DNA of 64,000 nt from the NCBI RefSeq assembly GCF_009914755.1, contig NC_060929.1; one strand, given 5' to 3'. Source of the DNA: the human T2T-CHM13v2.0 reference genome, Homo sapiens. The position numbers and the translations under genes are program-made. Below the pieces are notes generated by a model that saw only the letters and a program-made list of their open reading frames with translations, had not been told where the DNA came from and did not search any database. Of the stretch, positions 17,882-30,876 are shown one piece after another. The stretch's first letter is position 1. The number at the start of each line of letters is the position of its first letter.

Positions 17882-18209
17882 CAGTGATCCCCAACCCCCG
17901 GGGCCACAGACTGGTATTGGCCCATGGCCTGCTAGGAACTGGGCTGCACAGCAGAGGGTGAGCAGGGTTTAAGCAAGTGAAGCTGAGCTCTGCCTCCTGT
18001 CAGATCAGTCATTAGATTCTCATAGGAGCATGAACGCTATTGTGAACTGTACATGCAAAGGACCTAGGTTGCATGCCCCTTATGAGAATCTAATGATAAA
18101 CGTAATACACTTGAATCATCCAAAACCATTCCCCCCCCCAACCCTTGTCCACAGAAAAATTGTCTTCCACAAAACCGGTCCCTGGTGCCAAAAAGTTTGT
18201 GAATCACTG
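17882..18209. mobile_element. MER1B (hAT-Charlie)
   Basis: TIRs cagtgatccccaacc / aagtttgtgaatcactg; degenerate 8-bp TSD cttttgag / gtttagag. Confidence 0.88.
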
Positions 18210-18219
18210 GTTTAGAGAA

Positions 18220-18556
18220 CAGTTGTTCATTGGTATCTTTGGGGGATTGGCTCCAGGGCCTCCCCCATATAAAAATCTGCAGATGCTCACGTCCCTCATT
18301 TAAAATGGTGAAGTATTTGCATATAACTTAGGCATTTCTTCCTGTATACTTTAAATCCTCCCTAGATTATTTATAATACCTAATACTATGTGAATGCTAT
18401 GTAAATAGTTGTTATACTGTATGGCTTTGAGAATAACAACAAGAAAAAAGTTTGTACATTTTCAGTACATATATGCAATTTCTTTTTCAAATATTTTTTA
18501 TCTGTGCTTGGTTGAATCCACAAATGAGGAACCCCATAAACATGAAGAACTGACTA
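18220..18556. mobile_element. MER2 (TcMar-Tigger)
   Basis: cagttgttcattggtatc..ggggattggctccagg...atttgcatataac...ttggttgaatcc...tgacta. Confidence 0.85.
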
Positions 18557-18644
18557 TATGTGTTTCTGGTTCAAACTCTGTTCTGCCACTTACTCTCAAA
18601 TCCTTCAAACTCTCCCAAAGGAAGTTTTTCCATATTGGAAAGCA

Positions 18645-18862
18645 AGATAGTACGGAAGTTAAGAAAATGAGTCTGGATTCAGATGAATTGGATTTGAATC
18701 CCAAAGTTGCCATTAACAATGTGTAAAATCTCAGACAAGCTAATTTATTTCTCTATTCATTGGTTTCCTGATCTGTAAAATGGGTTGTTGCAAAGATAAA
18801 TTAAGAATACTTTTAACAGTGCCTGGCACAAAATAATTAGTCAATAAATGTTAGATATTATT
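18645..18862 (+). mobile_element. MIR
   Basis: ggatttgaatccc...tttcctgatctgtaaaatggg...aacagtgcctggcaca...tcaataaatgttag. Confidence 0.75.
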
Positions 18863-19259
18863 CACAAAATAGGTATCATGCTACCTCTTCAGATTACTGA
18901 GGATACTTAAATGAACTAAGGTTAAATGACCAGAACAAATCTTAATTATTATCAACATTGTAATTTATGAAAACATGGCTGGAGATGTAATGAGATTTGA
19001 GGCAAAATTGAGATCATCAGGAGAAAATTAATAGATTTACTATTTCTTAAATGGAAAAATAAGAAAAATGAGTGGGAGAAGTTATATTTATGGTTTATAA
19101 TACCTATGAAAAGAATGCTTTTATTTTTGCTCTGAAGTAGGAAAAACTAAATATAAGTTCTCAACTCAGCCAATAAAATAATAATAACATAGGCAATAAT
19201 ACTGATAACAATAAGTTTAAAATGATATTTTCATGAAGTAAAAACCGAGAGAGAACATG

Positions 19260-19975
19260 CAATTCTTTCTCAAGTGAGGTCCTTGCTTTGTGGAGCTTCT
19301 ATTCTGGTGGGAAACACAAATAGTAGAGAAGTAAATAGGTTAACAAAAAGAAGACTTCAGACAGTAATTATTGTATAAAGAAATGAAAATAAGCCATTTC
19401 ATTAAAAAGCAACTGGTCTTGGGGATGTAGTAGAGGACAATCTGCTTTAGATTTGGTTGTAAAGAAAAGTCTCTCTGAAAAAATAATATCTTAAGTTGAG
19501 CTGTGTATAATAAAAAGGAACCAGCCACTCTCAAATCAATGGCAGGGGCTTTCCAGGCACAAGAAGCACCTGCTATAAGATGCTAAAGTGGAAGTGAGCT
19601 TGGCACAGTTGAGAGATAGGAAGGGGACTGATCATAGCAGAATATTATAAGTGAGTGGAAGAAACAATAGTACAAGTTGACATTAGAAAAATTTATTTGC
19701 AACTTGTAGGCCACAGCTGGGAGTGTGGACCTAATGCCACATGTGAAGTTTGATGGAAAACCATCAGAAGTCTCTAGGCTGGTTGTTTACTTAATCTCAT
19801 TTATTTTTTAAAAGGCATGTCAGGCTGCTATGTGAAAATCCAGATAGTGGCAAGGAAGCTAATGAGGAGGCCAGAGCAGCAGTCCGTGTGAGAGATGGTG
19901 GTGTCGGTTTCTGTGAAGAGATTCATGTTGTAGAAGAAGAGTCAATAGGACTTACTGAGAGATTAAACAGAAAGG
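19260..19975 (-). mobile_element. L2
   Basis: ggagcttctattctggtggg..., ttccaggcacaag..., gtgtgagagatggtggtg, agagtcaataggacttactg. Confidence 0.7.
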
Positions 19976-20167
19976 GCTCATAAGAATCCTACGTTTTTGG
20001 AGATGGTATTGAAGCTGGAGACATCTTCTAAGCTAGGCTGTGGTAATGGAATGTTAGAACTGGAGGGTTGATAGGCTGAAGTCTAAAAAGCTGCATGATA
20101 GATATCCTATGCTGAATTTTGCCATTTTTCTTTGGGTGTATGTTTAAGTTTCTGTTGTTATTTTGTT

Positions 20168-21065
20168 TTATTTATACATATATATATGTTTGTGTATATA
20201 TACTTAATTTTAATTATTTAATTATGACATAGCTATCGTCAATATCCAGAATTTATATATCTGTAAACAGAGGCAAGAAGAGGCAAAATAACTTATTCAA
20301 GTTTACACAGTTAGTGATTAACTATATGACCATTTAAGATATTTATGGACCCTCCATATTGCTCTTCCAAAAGGCTGCACCAATACACACTTTCCCTGCA
20401 CCATATAAACAATGCTCATCTCCACAAACTCTCCCAGCATTGCTAGTGTTTTTCTTTTTAAGCCTTGTGAATCCAAATTGAATCCTCTTTCTGGTCATTA
20501 AGGACTGCGGGCCTTCTCTTTGGCTAATTTTGAATCTTTTGGGAGGGAGTCGGGAAGAGGATTATCAGAGAGAACAAGAAATGAAATAATAATAATAATA
20601 ACAATAATAATATTGAGAGTTTATAATTGCCAGGAACCATTCTAAGCACTATATACATATATACATGCATATACACACATGTATACATATATATACACAT
20701 GTATATAAGTATATATGTATATACATGTATACATATATACACATGTATATACTTATATATGTACATGTATATACTTATATGTATACATGTATATATAAGT
20801 ATATACATGTATACATATATATACACATGTATATACTTATATATACTTATATACATGTGTATATATATGTATATAATACTTAGAATGGTTCCTGGCAATC
20901 ATAAACTCTCAATAAGTATACTTATTTATACATACATATGTGTATATATACTTAACTTTAATTATTTAATTATGACATAGCTATCATTAATATCCAGAAT
21001 TTATGTATCTGTAAACTGAGGTAAGGAGAGGTAAAATAACTTGTTCAAGTTTACACAGTCAGTGA
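20168..21065 (+). repeat. Dispersed direct duplication of ~145 bp (20168-20317 and 20922-21065)
   Basis: Both copies read ttatttatacata...ttaattatttaattatgacatagctatc..aatatccagaatttat.tatctgtaaac.gagg...ttcaagtttacacagt.agtga, roughly 90% identical. Confidence 0.93.
20611..20914. repeat. ~300-bp inverted repeat: ~50-bp MIR-derived arms around a TA/CATG-rich low-complexity core
   Basis: tattgagagtttataattgccaggaaccattctaagcactatatac (20611-) is the reverse complement of gtatataatacttagaatggttcctggcaatcataaactctcaata (-20914) with 3 mismatches. Confidence 0.95.
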
Positions 21066-24000
21066 CAGATGCAAAGCTAGTCATTTACCTGCAGAATCTG
21101 TGCTTTTAATCATTATCTGCTACTGACAACCTACAAGACATCTGGTTGGTGAATGTTTCATTTACACAAAGAAAACAGTGTAAGATAGTTTATGTGGTTC
21201 AGGTATTAGAAACTCTAGTAGTTAGGAAAAAATACACACAAGCTGAATAAGTCAGTATTGATTTAGTTAGGATTTGATTGAAATACTGAAAGGGAAAAAC
21301 TTTCTCTACTCTCTGTGTTTCTGTTCAGGTGTCTTCATTATCAGAATATGTGTGGCTTAGCCAGAAAAACCATCATCCTCATTATCACCATCACTACCAA
21401 CTCCTGAGTGCCTACTATATTCTGGGCCCTTAGCTATAAGCACTGGAGATATTATGGCAATCCTGGAATTACAATCACTTTTAAAAGGGGGACTAGATTA
21501 AGTGAAAAGATCCCATTGGTATGAAGTGGTAGAGTCTGTATTCAAACACAGTTTGTCTCTGTCTAACTTTAAAATCTTTACTCTTCCCAAAGTGGTAAAT
21601 GAAGGAATAAGAAGACAGATTCATAAGCCAAGATGGTGTCAAAGACAAAGAATCACATAGGTTTACAAATATTTAGACAGTAAGCAATAGCAAAATTATC
21701 TGGACTTTGAAAAGCAGAGATGAATAGAAAGATCTTGATTCTAAGGCGGGAAGGAGTCACTGGAGGATTTTTGTGGATAGAAGTCACAAAGTAGGATTCG
21801 TGTTTGGAAGGAACTATTAATAGTTACCACTTACTGAATACCTATGAAAGCCTAAGAATTTTCAAATATTTAATATAATAACTTTATGAAATAATTTAAT
21901 CTCACTTGAGGCTCAGAAATTTTAAGTAATTTGCTAATGCTTTCATGGTTGGTAAAGAGTGGATTCAGAACTTAAGATTCTGATCTAATTGGAAAGCTGA
22001 TGTTCTTGCCTTCCTTGCTAATAAATGTTATAGGGATATAGATCAGACAACACTGCCAGATTTGAGAGTGATGGAGGCTGGGCAATGTGACAGCAGCTGG
22101 CAGCAACAGCCAATATCAATTTCATTTCACATGAGGGGACATATAGAAACTCATAGTTTTTCTGGTTGGCTTTTTCTTTATTTTCCTTGAAAAGGCTATA
22201 GGTAGTATATTCTGAAATTCCCTGAATTTTCTAGCAGTATGTTGGAATGCTTGAACCCATCTTTCTTTTTTTTTCAGTGTAAGCTTGGCATATGATCAAG
22301 AAATATGGTTTTTAAGTGTTTGGGGGAAGAAATTACATCAAAATTGAGAGGTGTTAAAGCTTCAATTGGGTCTTGAGAGATAGGAGACATTTAAATGAGA
22401 TGTGATGAGAAAATTGATGACTTAAAAGTAATTAATTAGCACATATGGATATTTAGAAGGGGAAAGAAATCTAGGGCAAGAGTTAGAATATATGTGGTTT
22501 AGCCTCGACTATGACACTTCCTAGAAATTATGTCCTGAAATTAATTCTTTGGAGCCATCTTTTCTCAGCCACGAAATTCCAGTAAAAATATTTCACAGAG
22601 CTGTTGGAGTTATGAATAATTAAGTTGAAAATAATTTTATAGTATCTGGGACTAATATTAATGACAAAATTTTTTTGGAACAGGCAACATCCACAATTTT
22701 GAATACATTCTAGGTATTTAAATTTTTAAATGTTAGGAAGACAAGAAAATAAAAAAAATTCCTTGTCAACAAAAATTTGTCATCTTTGGATACTCTTTTA
22801 GGTATTGTGGTTACAGACATGTATAAGACATTGAGTCTGCACTGTTAGATACATAGCTATGAAAAGAAAAAGCAGTTCATAATTTAGTAATTAAAATATT
22901 GTATTAAATGGGTGATCTAGTTGACACATGTGTCCTAGAGGAGGTTTGAGGAGAGAATGGTTCCTGAAGCCAGGTGGACAGAGAACTTTCCTTGTAGCAG
23001 GTGAAACTGCTCTACTTCAACGTTAAGGGAGTAGGCAGATTCCTCAACTGATACTGTGCTCTTGTAATAACATTGCATCATAAAATTGGGAAGAAAATGA
23101 TGGATCAACTAGTCTTTCTCCCTCATTCTACAGATAGGGAAACTGAGGCTCAGAGAGTGCAATTTTCATATAGCGTAACTTTTTTTGATGATAAAATCAG
23201 TACTCAATTCTAAATATATCTGACTTCCAAATCATTGTGCCTCACCACTTTAACCAGTCTATTATTACATTTGTCATAGCAACTGTTATCATCAATGAAT
23301 GTTTGAGTAGGTAGATAAAAAAAGATAAGTATAGATGGATATAAATAGATATATAGATTTATAGATATGTTTAAAAAGCACAAGCTTGCAGTATTCTTTT
23401 AAAGCAACTTTGATAATTTTTCATTTTACTTTTTTTCCAAATTATTATTTGTACAGCTGGACTAATTTCCAGTAAAATTGTTTACTGCAGTTGCATTTTA
23501 AAATGTAGTTTGTGTTAACTTTTACCAAACTTTTAATAAAGATATATCCATATCGATGATGCACAATTGACAACTCTTTCCACTGATTATATTTTCTAAT
23601 TTATGGAGGTAAGTTATGAAGAGTTTACTCCTCAATTTGGCATGCAAGGATTTGGCCACACTCAGTAAATATTCAAAGCAGAATAGTTAGCCAAGATGTT
23701 TGCTTCAATATAACATTAGCCGAGTATATTAACTTCCTATAAAGAGGAGATTTGCTAACAGAAAATATCAGATAGGAAAGCCATGAGAAATAAAGCAGGA
23801 TGAGCCCTTATGATCCGTGTATTGTTTCCTTTGCATTTTGGACTCAAATTTTTTTCTAAGCATGTCTATCATTATTTTTATTCACCTTTGTTACAGTCTA
23901 ATTAAACTCTGCAATATCACTTTCCCCCCAACTATTCTCCTTTGAGACTTACCCACATATCTGTGTCCAGATCATCCATCTCTTAAGGTTTTTGTCAAAT

Positions 24001-25268
24001 TTTATTTGTCCTATACTTTTTTTTTTTTTTTATCTTTCAGCTAGGAGTAAATTCCCCCATTCCAAATTCCCATGGGACTTTATTTTTTGGCAGTTATAAC
24101 TTTTCATTTCAAAGTAGGTTACACTAGGGATATGCCTTCTCCATCTTATTATATTATAAGCTCCTTTAGGGCAAGGTTTGTATCTGATTCATTGCCAGTA
24201 ACACCCACAGAACTTTGAAACTGATACTAAAAAACTACTGAATCAATGAATGAGTAAAGGTTTTTGATAGAGGAAATGAAAAATGAGAAGTGGATTTTAA
24301 AAATGAAGAAAGGGATGGCAGGTCTGAATAACATGTTCAGTGCGGAAACATACAATTCTTCATAACGTGAGAAACATTCAGCTGATATATGACATACCTC
24401 AGAGCAATTGAATACAGGAGAAAACATGGCAGGGAGAAAGTGTTCACAATTGTCATTACTGTGATTTTCAAACTCTTTATATATGCCTTTTTCCTTTTCA
24501 CCAGTTAATCAATATATCAATAAATATGTACATACCTCTTTGCATGTCCTTAGTGTGCTAGATCCTGGATAAAAACTGATGATTTAAAAAGTTATGCTCT
24601 TTGAACTTTCAATAAAGGAGAAGGCTGGCTGAAGCACCCTGTTCTCATCTCTGCTTAAACACATAACACTTCTATTTATTATGTATATTATGGTTATATT
24701 CAAGGTGTTATTTGAGCACATTTTATTGCTTAAACAGTAAGTTAGATATATTAAAGGCAGAAACATTGTAAGTCTCAGAGAAAGACCGGAAGACTACTAG
24801 AAAGGTTCTAAATGAGCAAGCAGAGAGCAAGTTAGGAATGTAAGCCTTGGAACCCAAGTTTGAGATAGACCATGGTTGTAAGACTAAAGAGTTAGAAATA
24901 CAAATAAAGCTGTAAAATGTGACAAACTATGGGTCTCTGAGTAGCTTGTTAAAGTTTTAGCATAGGTGGGAAGCCACTCAAAGAAGAAAAGAAAGGGTTT
25001 AGAAATTAGATCTCAGAGAAGTTCAGCTGTAGAGATGCTAGAAGACATAATAATGATCGGAAAACTTAGAGGAGACAGGTAGAAAGACCAAGGTGAAAAA
25101 TCCAGTGCTGTACATCATTTGAAATGGTCCTATCTCTGGCTGAAATGGGTAATTGATGGATTCAATGTTTTTTGAGGGGCATTCTGCACTCACTAGAGTA
25201 AGGATTTGATTTTTAAAATCAGAGATGAGAAACTGGCCAATCTAGTAGATTATTCAAAAATAAGTGTT

Positions 25269-25564
25269 GGCTGGGCCCAGTGGCTCATGTCTGTAAATCC
25301 CAGCACTTTGGAAGGCCAAGGCGGGCGAATCATGAGGTCAGGAGTTTGTGACCAGCCTGGCCAACATAGTGAAACCCTGTGTCTACTGAAAATACAAAAA
25401 TTAGCCAGTCATGGTGGCAAGCGCCTGTAGTCCCAGCTACTCAGGAATCTGAGGTGGGAGAATCACTTGAATCCGGGAGGCAGAGGTTGCAGTGAGCCAA
25501 GATGGTGCCACTGCACTCTAGCCTGGGCTGCAGAGCGAGACACCGTCTCAAAAAAAAAAAAAAA
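25269..25564 (+). mobile_element. AluSg-like
   Basis: Dimer with the 2-bp deletion (atcatgaggtc) and gaccagcctggccaac; A tail. Confidence 0.9.
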
Positions 25565-25704
25565 TTGTTACTTGGCTTTTTCTATCAGTACCTATATCCC
25601 CTCTAAGTAACATATCAGAGTCCCTTCTTTCAGAATTGACTGTCTGATCACCAAGATAATGAACAAAGCTTTGAAGCTAATTCTGGTTATTAAGCAGAGA
25701 AAAG

Positions 25705-25918
25705 AGTTTCTTTCTTCACTTCTCTATTAACATTTCAAATGGGATGATTTTTTTTTTTCGGGGATAAGGGTTTGTCCTGAATATTGTAGGGTGTTTAGCA
25801 GCATCCCTGGCCACTATCCACCAGATCCCATAGCACCTTCACAGTTGTGACAACCAAAAATGTCTCTAGACGTTGCCAGATGTCCCCTGAAGGGCAAAAT
25901 TGCCGCTAGCTGAGAGGC
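25705..25918. mobile_element. MER20
   Basis: gtttagcagcatccctggcc...gttgtgacaaccaaaaatgtctctagacgttgccagatgtcccctg. Confidence 0.85.
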
Positions 25919-28179
25919 AATAAAATGGAGCAAAGCTAAGAAAAATGCAAACTGGAGGTTAAACCCATGATATAAAATGCTGTATATGAGATGAGTGTGT
26001 TTGTCCCCTGGAATTCAGGGTGATGAAACGAGTCAATCCCCAAAATCGGACATGGTGGAAGATTGAAAAAGAAGCTGTGGTTTGGGAAAACCACCTAGGA
26101 CCGGGAGTCAGGAGAATATGAATGAGTTCAAGTTCTTCCACTTTCTAGCTATTCTTGAATCAATGACTTCCCCTTGCCAGAGCTTCTTAATAAAATGAAA
26201 GGATTTAAATATGCTCTACTAGAATATACTGCAGCCCATTCTAGGTCAAAGGCTATGGTAAGTTTGTGACTCTTCATAAATCTATACTTGGTTCTTTGGG
26301 TACTGAACTCTCTCTAGAACTAGACTCTCAAGAAGGCTGAGTGTGTTTTCTTGTCAGAGCCCAACTAACAGGTTTTCTGTCTTTCTTTTTTCCTTGTCTC
26401 ACAAGGTTCATTTCTATATCCATCCTCACTACTTAAAGAGAAATGGAGGTAGAAAGTGTGATCTGGCAAAGTCAGCTCTTTTGCCCTAAAATGATAGTCA
26501 TTTTTCCCCTTGGAAAAGAGGCCTTAGGCTAAACAGTTTCTCTGGAGTAAGCACTATTTTTTTGAGCTCAGAAATATAACCTAAACGGGCAAGGAATCAA
26601 GAGTAAACTTCCATGGGAATTGTAGAGCCCAGGTCTCTACATACGCCTCTCTTAGAAAACGGACGTCAGAGGATATTCACTGTTTCCTCCATAAGTAGGC
26701 TGCCATTTTCCCATTGCATCACAGCTTTAAGATGAGAGATTACTTTGACTCCCAAGCTTTGTTTTCCAGTTCAGCTTCATGCATACCAGCTAATTAGGCA
26801 ACATGACAACAGGGTGGAGCGATACTTGTATTCTGGATGTTTCCACACCCACAGTGGATTTGGCCTGGTGCCGCTGCCAGCCACCCTCAGAGCAGTGGCA
26901 TCTTAAAATGCAACCACACCCAGACACCAACAAATTGTATTTTTTAAAGATTCATGTTAATGAAAAATTGTATATTATTGATTAATCTGTAGGCAAAAAA
27001 GAAAAGTGTCAGCTCTTTCTTCCCTTTTCTCATCCTCTACCTTTTTTGAAATTTACAGATACAATGAGCTAGCCATGTAGGTGAGTATACGTGGTGAAGG
27101 CAGGAGTTGAGGCGGCTTGACCCACACAATGCCAATTTGGACTAACCCAGGCTTTTGGCATATCAGGAACACGGGCTAGCTTTTGCTTGGCGCCTTAGAG
27201 CTTGTGGAGTACGTTCATTTACAGTTTAATTATATTTTCATGACAAAACTGATATATAGGTGGTATTATTTATATTTTATAAATAAGAAAAATGGGCTCA
27301 GATATAAATAAACGTGTCAAAAATCACACACAAGTTGAGGGGCCCAGTTTTGACCCCAAATCTCATTCTTTTGTCACTCTTTTCATAGCTATTTTCTATG
27401 TAACTTAATGGTGGAATGTTCTGGTCTAAGATGTCATCAATTAATTCTGTATATATTGAGTGCTATTATGTTCCAGGTACTGCTACCTGCAGAGGCAATA
27501 TTTTTATTACATTGGCTGATATACTCGACAAGTACGGTTTAATTGGTCTGCCTTCTTTTTGTCTTCTTGTTTCATTTCCCAGTGTGCCTCACCTCATGAG
27601 TAATTTAGGAATGTAATCTGTGCTCACAGTCTTGCTTCAGCTAAATGTGAGGGCTGGAATTAAAACACAGACTTCCTAACTCCATAACAAATATCATTTT
27701 GAATACAATCATGACCTTGCTAGAAAGTTAGAGAAATAAGAGGGATTGATAACAGCATGAAAGGACATTTTTTTTTTCAATAAGACATTTCTTCTCTTTA
27801 AAGAAGAGAAGATGTTTGAACATTTAAGAGCTTTAAATGAGCTGTTTGGTTTTCTGAACTATTTGAAAAGGTGTCATTTTTTCATGACTCAAGTGACCTG
27901 TCAATCCTTCCAGCCACGTGTGGCTATTGTTCATTGAAGGTGAACCAATTCCTTCCAAAGACGTCACCATTTGTAATACAATAAACTGTTCAAAGGAAGG
28001 GGCACTAACAAGTAAATGATTTCTCTACCCTGGAGGTTACTAATTTGTACCCTTAAAATTAGGCACGTTTTTTGGCACTTCCCACAAAATATTCAGCACT
28101 TCAAGAAACTTAGAGGTGAATTGCCCCACTATGATCTCTTGTTTGATGTAATCAACAGGCTAACAATTAAAAGACTTCT

Positions 28180-28410
28180 AATGATAGCTAACATTGAGCA
28201 TTCCCCATGTGCCAAGTATCATCTAAAGGCTTTACAACATGAATGAATTAACTTAATCCTTGTGACAATCATGATTACCACCTCTCAGTTTAGTGGTGAA
28301 GAAATTGAGATAGAGGGTTTAGGCAAATTGCCCATCCTCATACAGCAAAGAAGGCAGAATTTGACCCCTGTAGCATTGCTCCAAAGCCAAACACTGAATT
28401 TCTGAATTAT
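28180..28410 (-). mobile_element. MIR
   Basis: atagctaacattgagcattccccatgtgccaag...gaagaaattgagatagagg...aattgccc. Confidence 0.75.
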
Positions 28411-28678
28411 GCTTCCTTCTCAAGAAGGCTTGGCTATGTATAGCTTGACTGTTACCAATAATAGATGCTTCAGCTCTGTAATGTAATCATCCCGATCTGC
28501 TCAATGGTCTTATCAAGGGGATGATACTCATGGTGATTTGCCTGAGGTCAAAGTGTTAGCTTGTCACACATTTCCAAAATGTCACTGGTCTCTGTATGGT
28601 GCAGACTGGAGAAGTGATCTCTGTTGACGCACTGTCTGGGTCAGTCTGGAGAAGACAGTCCAGGAAAATCCCGAAATA

Positions 28679-28913
28679 CAGTCATACCTCAGAATAGACC
28701 AGGATTGATTTCCAGGACCCCCGCACATACCAAAATCTGCAGGTTCTTAAGTCCTGTAGCTACCCTACTCAATTTGATGTGATAAGTGAGTCCTTGGTAT
28801 AGGCGGTTTTGCATCCTTCAAATACTGTATTTTCGGATATGCCTTTCGGTGAAAAAACTCTGTGTATAAATGGACCTGCGCAGTTCAAACCTAGGTTGTT
28901 CACAAGTCAACTG
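28679..28913. mobile_element. MER8 (TcMar-Tigger)
   Basis: ta|cagtc...ttccaggacccccgc.ataccaaaatc...gcagttcaaacc...gtcaactg|ta with TA TSD. Confidence 0.88.
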
Positions 28914-29399
28914 TACTTTACTTTGGAATTACGGTGTGGGTGTTTTAAAAGGATAACGATCACGCTTCCTCTCCATCAAAATAAATCATGACGTTTGTAG
29001 TTGAATCATATCAGGGAAAGGTGTCATTGAGGGTGTAGGCTGCTTATTTTTAAACTTGAAATAACTAGGAAATGCACTCTATTTGTCTTAGCCCTCCTAT
29101 CTTCGTCTGTAAATTAAAGGAAGGAGGTGTGCTAGATGAATTTCAGTATTCTATCCAGCCCAAAAGATATATATTCACTTAGTTAAAAAAAATTCATTTT
29201 TGTTCTTAAAAATAATACCTAATTTGTGCAGAAAATTTATCAGGCAAGAAAAGTAGGAAGAGAAACATTAAAAAGTCATAAGTAATTCCACCCATCAGAG
29301 ATAACAAATGTTAAGATTTTTTTGAAAACCCATTTCTGTCTCCCTTAACACAGACATATATAATGCTTTAAAAATAGTATGAAATGAATATGATTTTTT

Positions 29400-29965
29400 T
29401 TTCTAAAATTAGGTTTACTGAGATACATTTTATAAAAGCAAAATTCACAGTTTGGGTGTGCAGTTACATGACTTTTGGTAGACAAAATCACTTATGCAAC
29501 CACCAGCAGAATGAAGATATAGAGTATTTTCGTCACCCCCAAATCTCCCATGTGTACCTATGTAGTCAGTCCCCTCCCCTGATCTCCAGCAAATGGCAAT
29601 CACTGTTCTGATTTCTGCCCCTAAAATTTGTCCATTTACAAATGTCCTATAAATGGAATCCTAAAGTATGTAACATTTTGTTTCAGGCTTCTTTCACTAA
29701 GAATAATTCTTTTGAAGTTCATCCATGTTGTAGCAGGTATAGTATTTCTTTTTTAAAATTCTTGAGTAGAAATTCATCATGTAGATGTGCCAGTTGGTTG
29801 ACCTATTCATCAGTTGTTGTACATTTGGCTTGTTTACAGTGTTTAGTGATTCTGAATCAGGTCATTATAAATATTCTCTTATGGGTTTTGTATAGACATA
29901 TGTTTTAATTTCTCTTGAATAAATAAGTAGTGTTAGATTGCTAGGTCATATAGTAAGTGTAGGTA
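29400..29965 (-). mobile_element. L1MB/MC-like 3' end
   Basis: tttactgagatacattt..., ggcaatcactgttctgatttctg, gttcatccatgttgtagc, attgctaggtcatat. Confidence 0.75.
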
Positions 29966-30339
29966 GGATTTTAAAATCCTCTTTTGTAAAAACTTGTTTT
30001 AAAAAATATTTTGTTTCATAATTTAAAAAAATATTTGTTTTAAAAAAGATTTACAGGAATTTGGAAGATGGTACAACAATGTTCTGTGTACACTTTACCC
30101 AGTTTCCTCCAATAGTTAAGTCTTTTTTTCTTTAGATTTTCTTTGTTTCTAATTCATTTGACTCACAAAATAAATGGGTGCTAACTACAGCAGTTATAGT
30201 GATATTATTCACACTACACAGAAGAAACCTTGGGTCATTAATTGATAACATCAAAACCTCATTCACCTACATTGAACTTCCAGAATCTTCTGTACCAACT
30301 GCCTAAAATACTAAAAATGTAGAATACTACAAATTAAAG

Positions 30340-30870
30340 ATGAATACCTTGGTAGGCATGAATGACCGAAGTAAAACCAAGATTTATAGAGAGTCAATTA
30401 ATTAAAAATCTTCCACAAAGAGAAGCCCACAGCCACATGGCTTAACTGACAAATTCTATTAAATATTTAGTGAAGAATTAATGTCAACTCGTCACAAACC
30501 CTTCCAAAAAATAGAGGAATACTATTGGGAACACCTACCAATTGATTCTGTGAGGCTAGTATTACCCTAATACTAAAGCCACACAAAAGCATCACAAGTA
30601 GACAAGTATGAATAAATATCCCTGATAAACACACACCCAGAAATGCTTAAAAATGCTAGTGAAATGAGTCTAGCAACATATAAAAATGACTGTACACCAT
30701 GACCAAAAAGGATTATTTTATGAATGCAATGTTGACTTAGCCTCCAAAAACCAATCAATGCAATACACATAACTAATAGGATAAAGAACAACAACAAAAA
30801 CATCAAAAACAACAAAAAGATCTCTTCAATAGACACAAAAGAGTGTTTGACCAATCCAACACCCATTTGT
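30340..30870 (+). mobile_element. Old L1M ORF2 (RT N-terminal) fragment
   Basis: cttccacaaagagaagccc..gccacatggc, attctgtgaggctagtattaccctaatac. Confidence 0.75.
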
Positions 30871-30876
30871 GATTAA

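Noticed and set aside
20524-20980. Y/I/M/H-rich ORFs on both strands that begin with the same peptide
   Set aside because: An artefact of the stop-poor TA-rich palindrome, not a protein.
28570-28650. Faint Kazal-like text (LYGADWRSDLC*) suggesting a decayed SPINK exon
   Set aside because: Cysteine spacing is absent, there is an in-frame stop and the splice signals are not convincing. A tblastn with Kazal domains would be needed.
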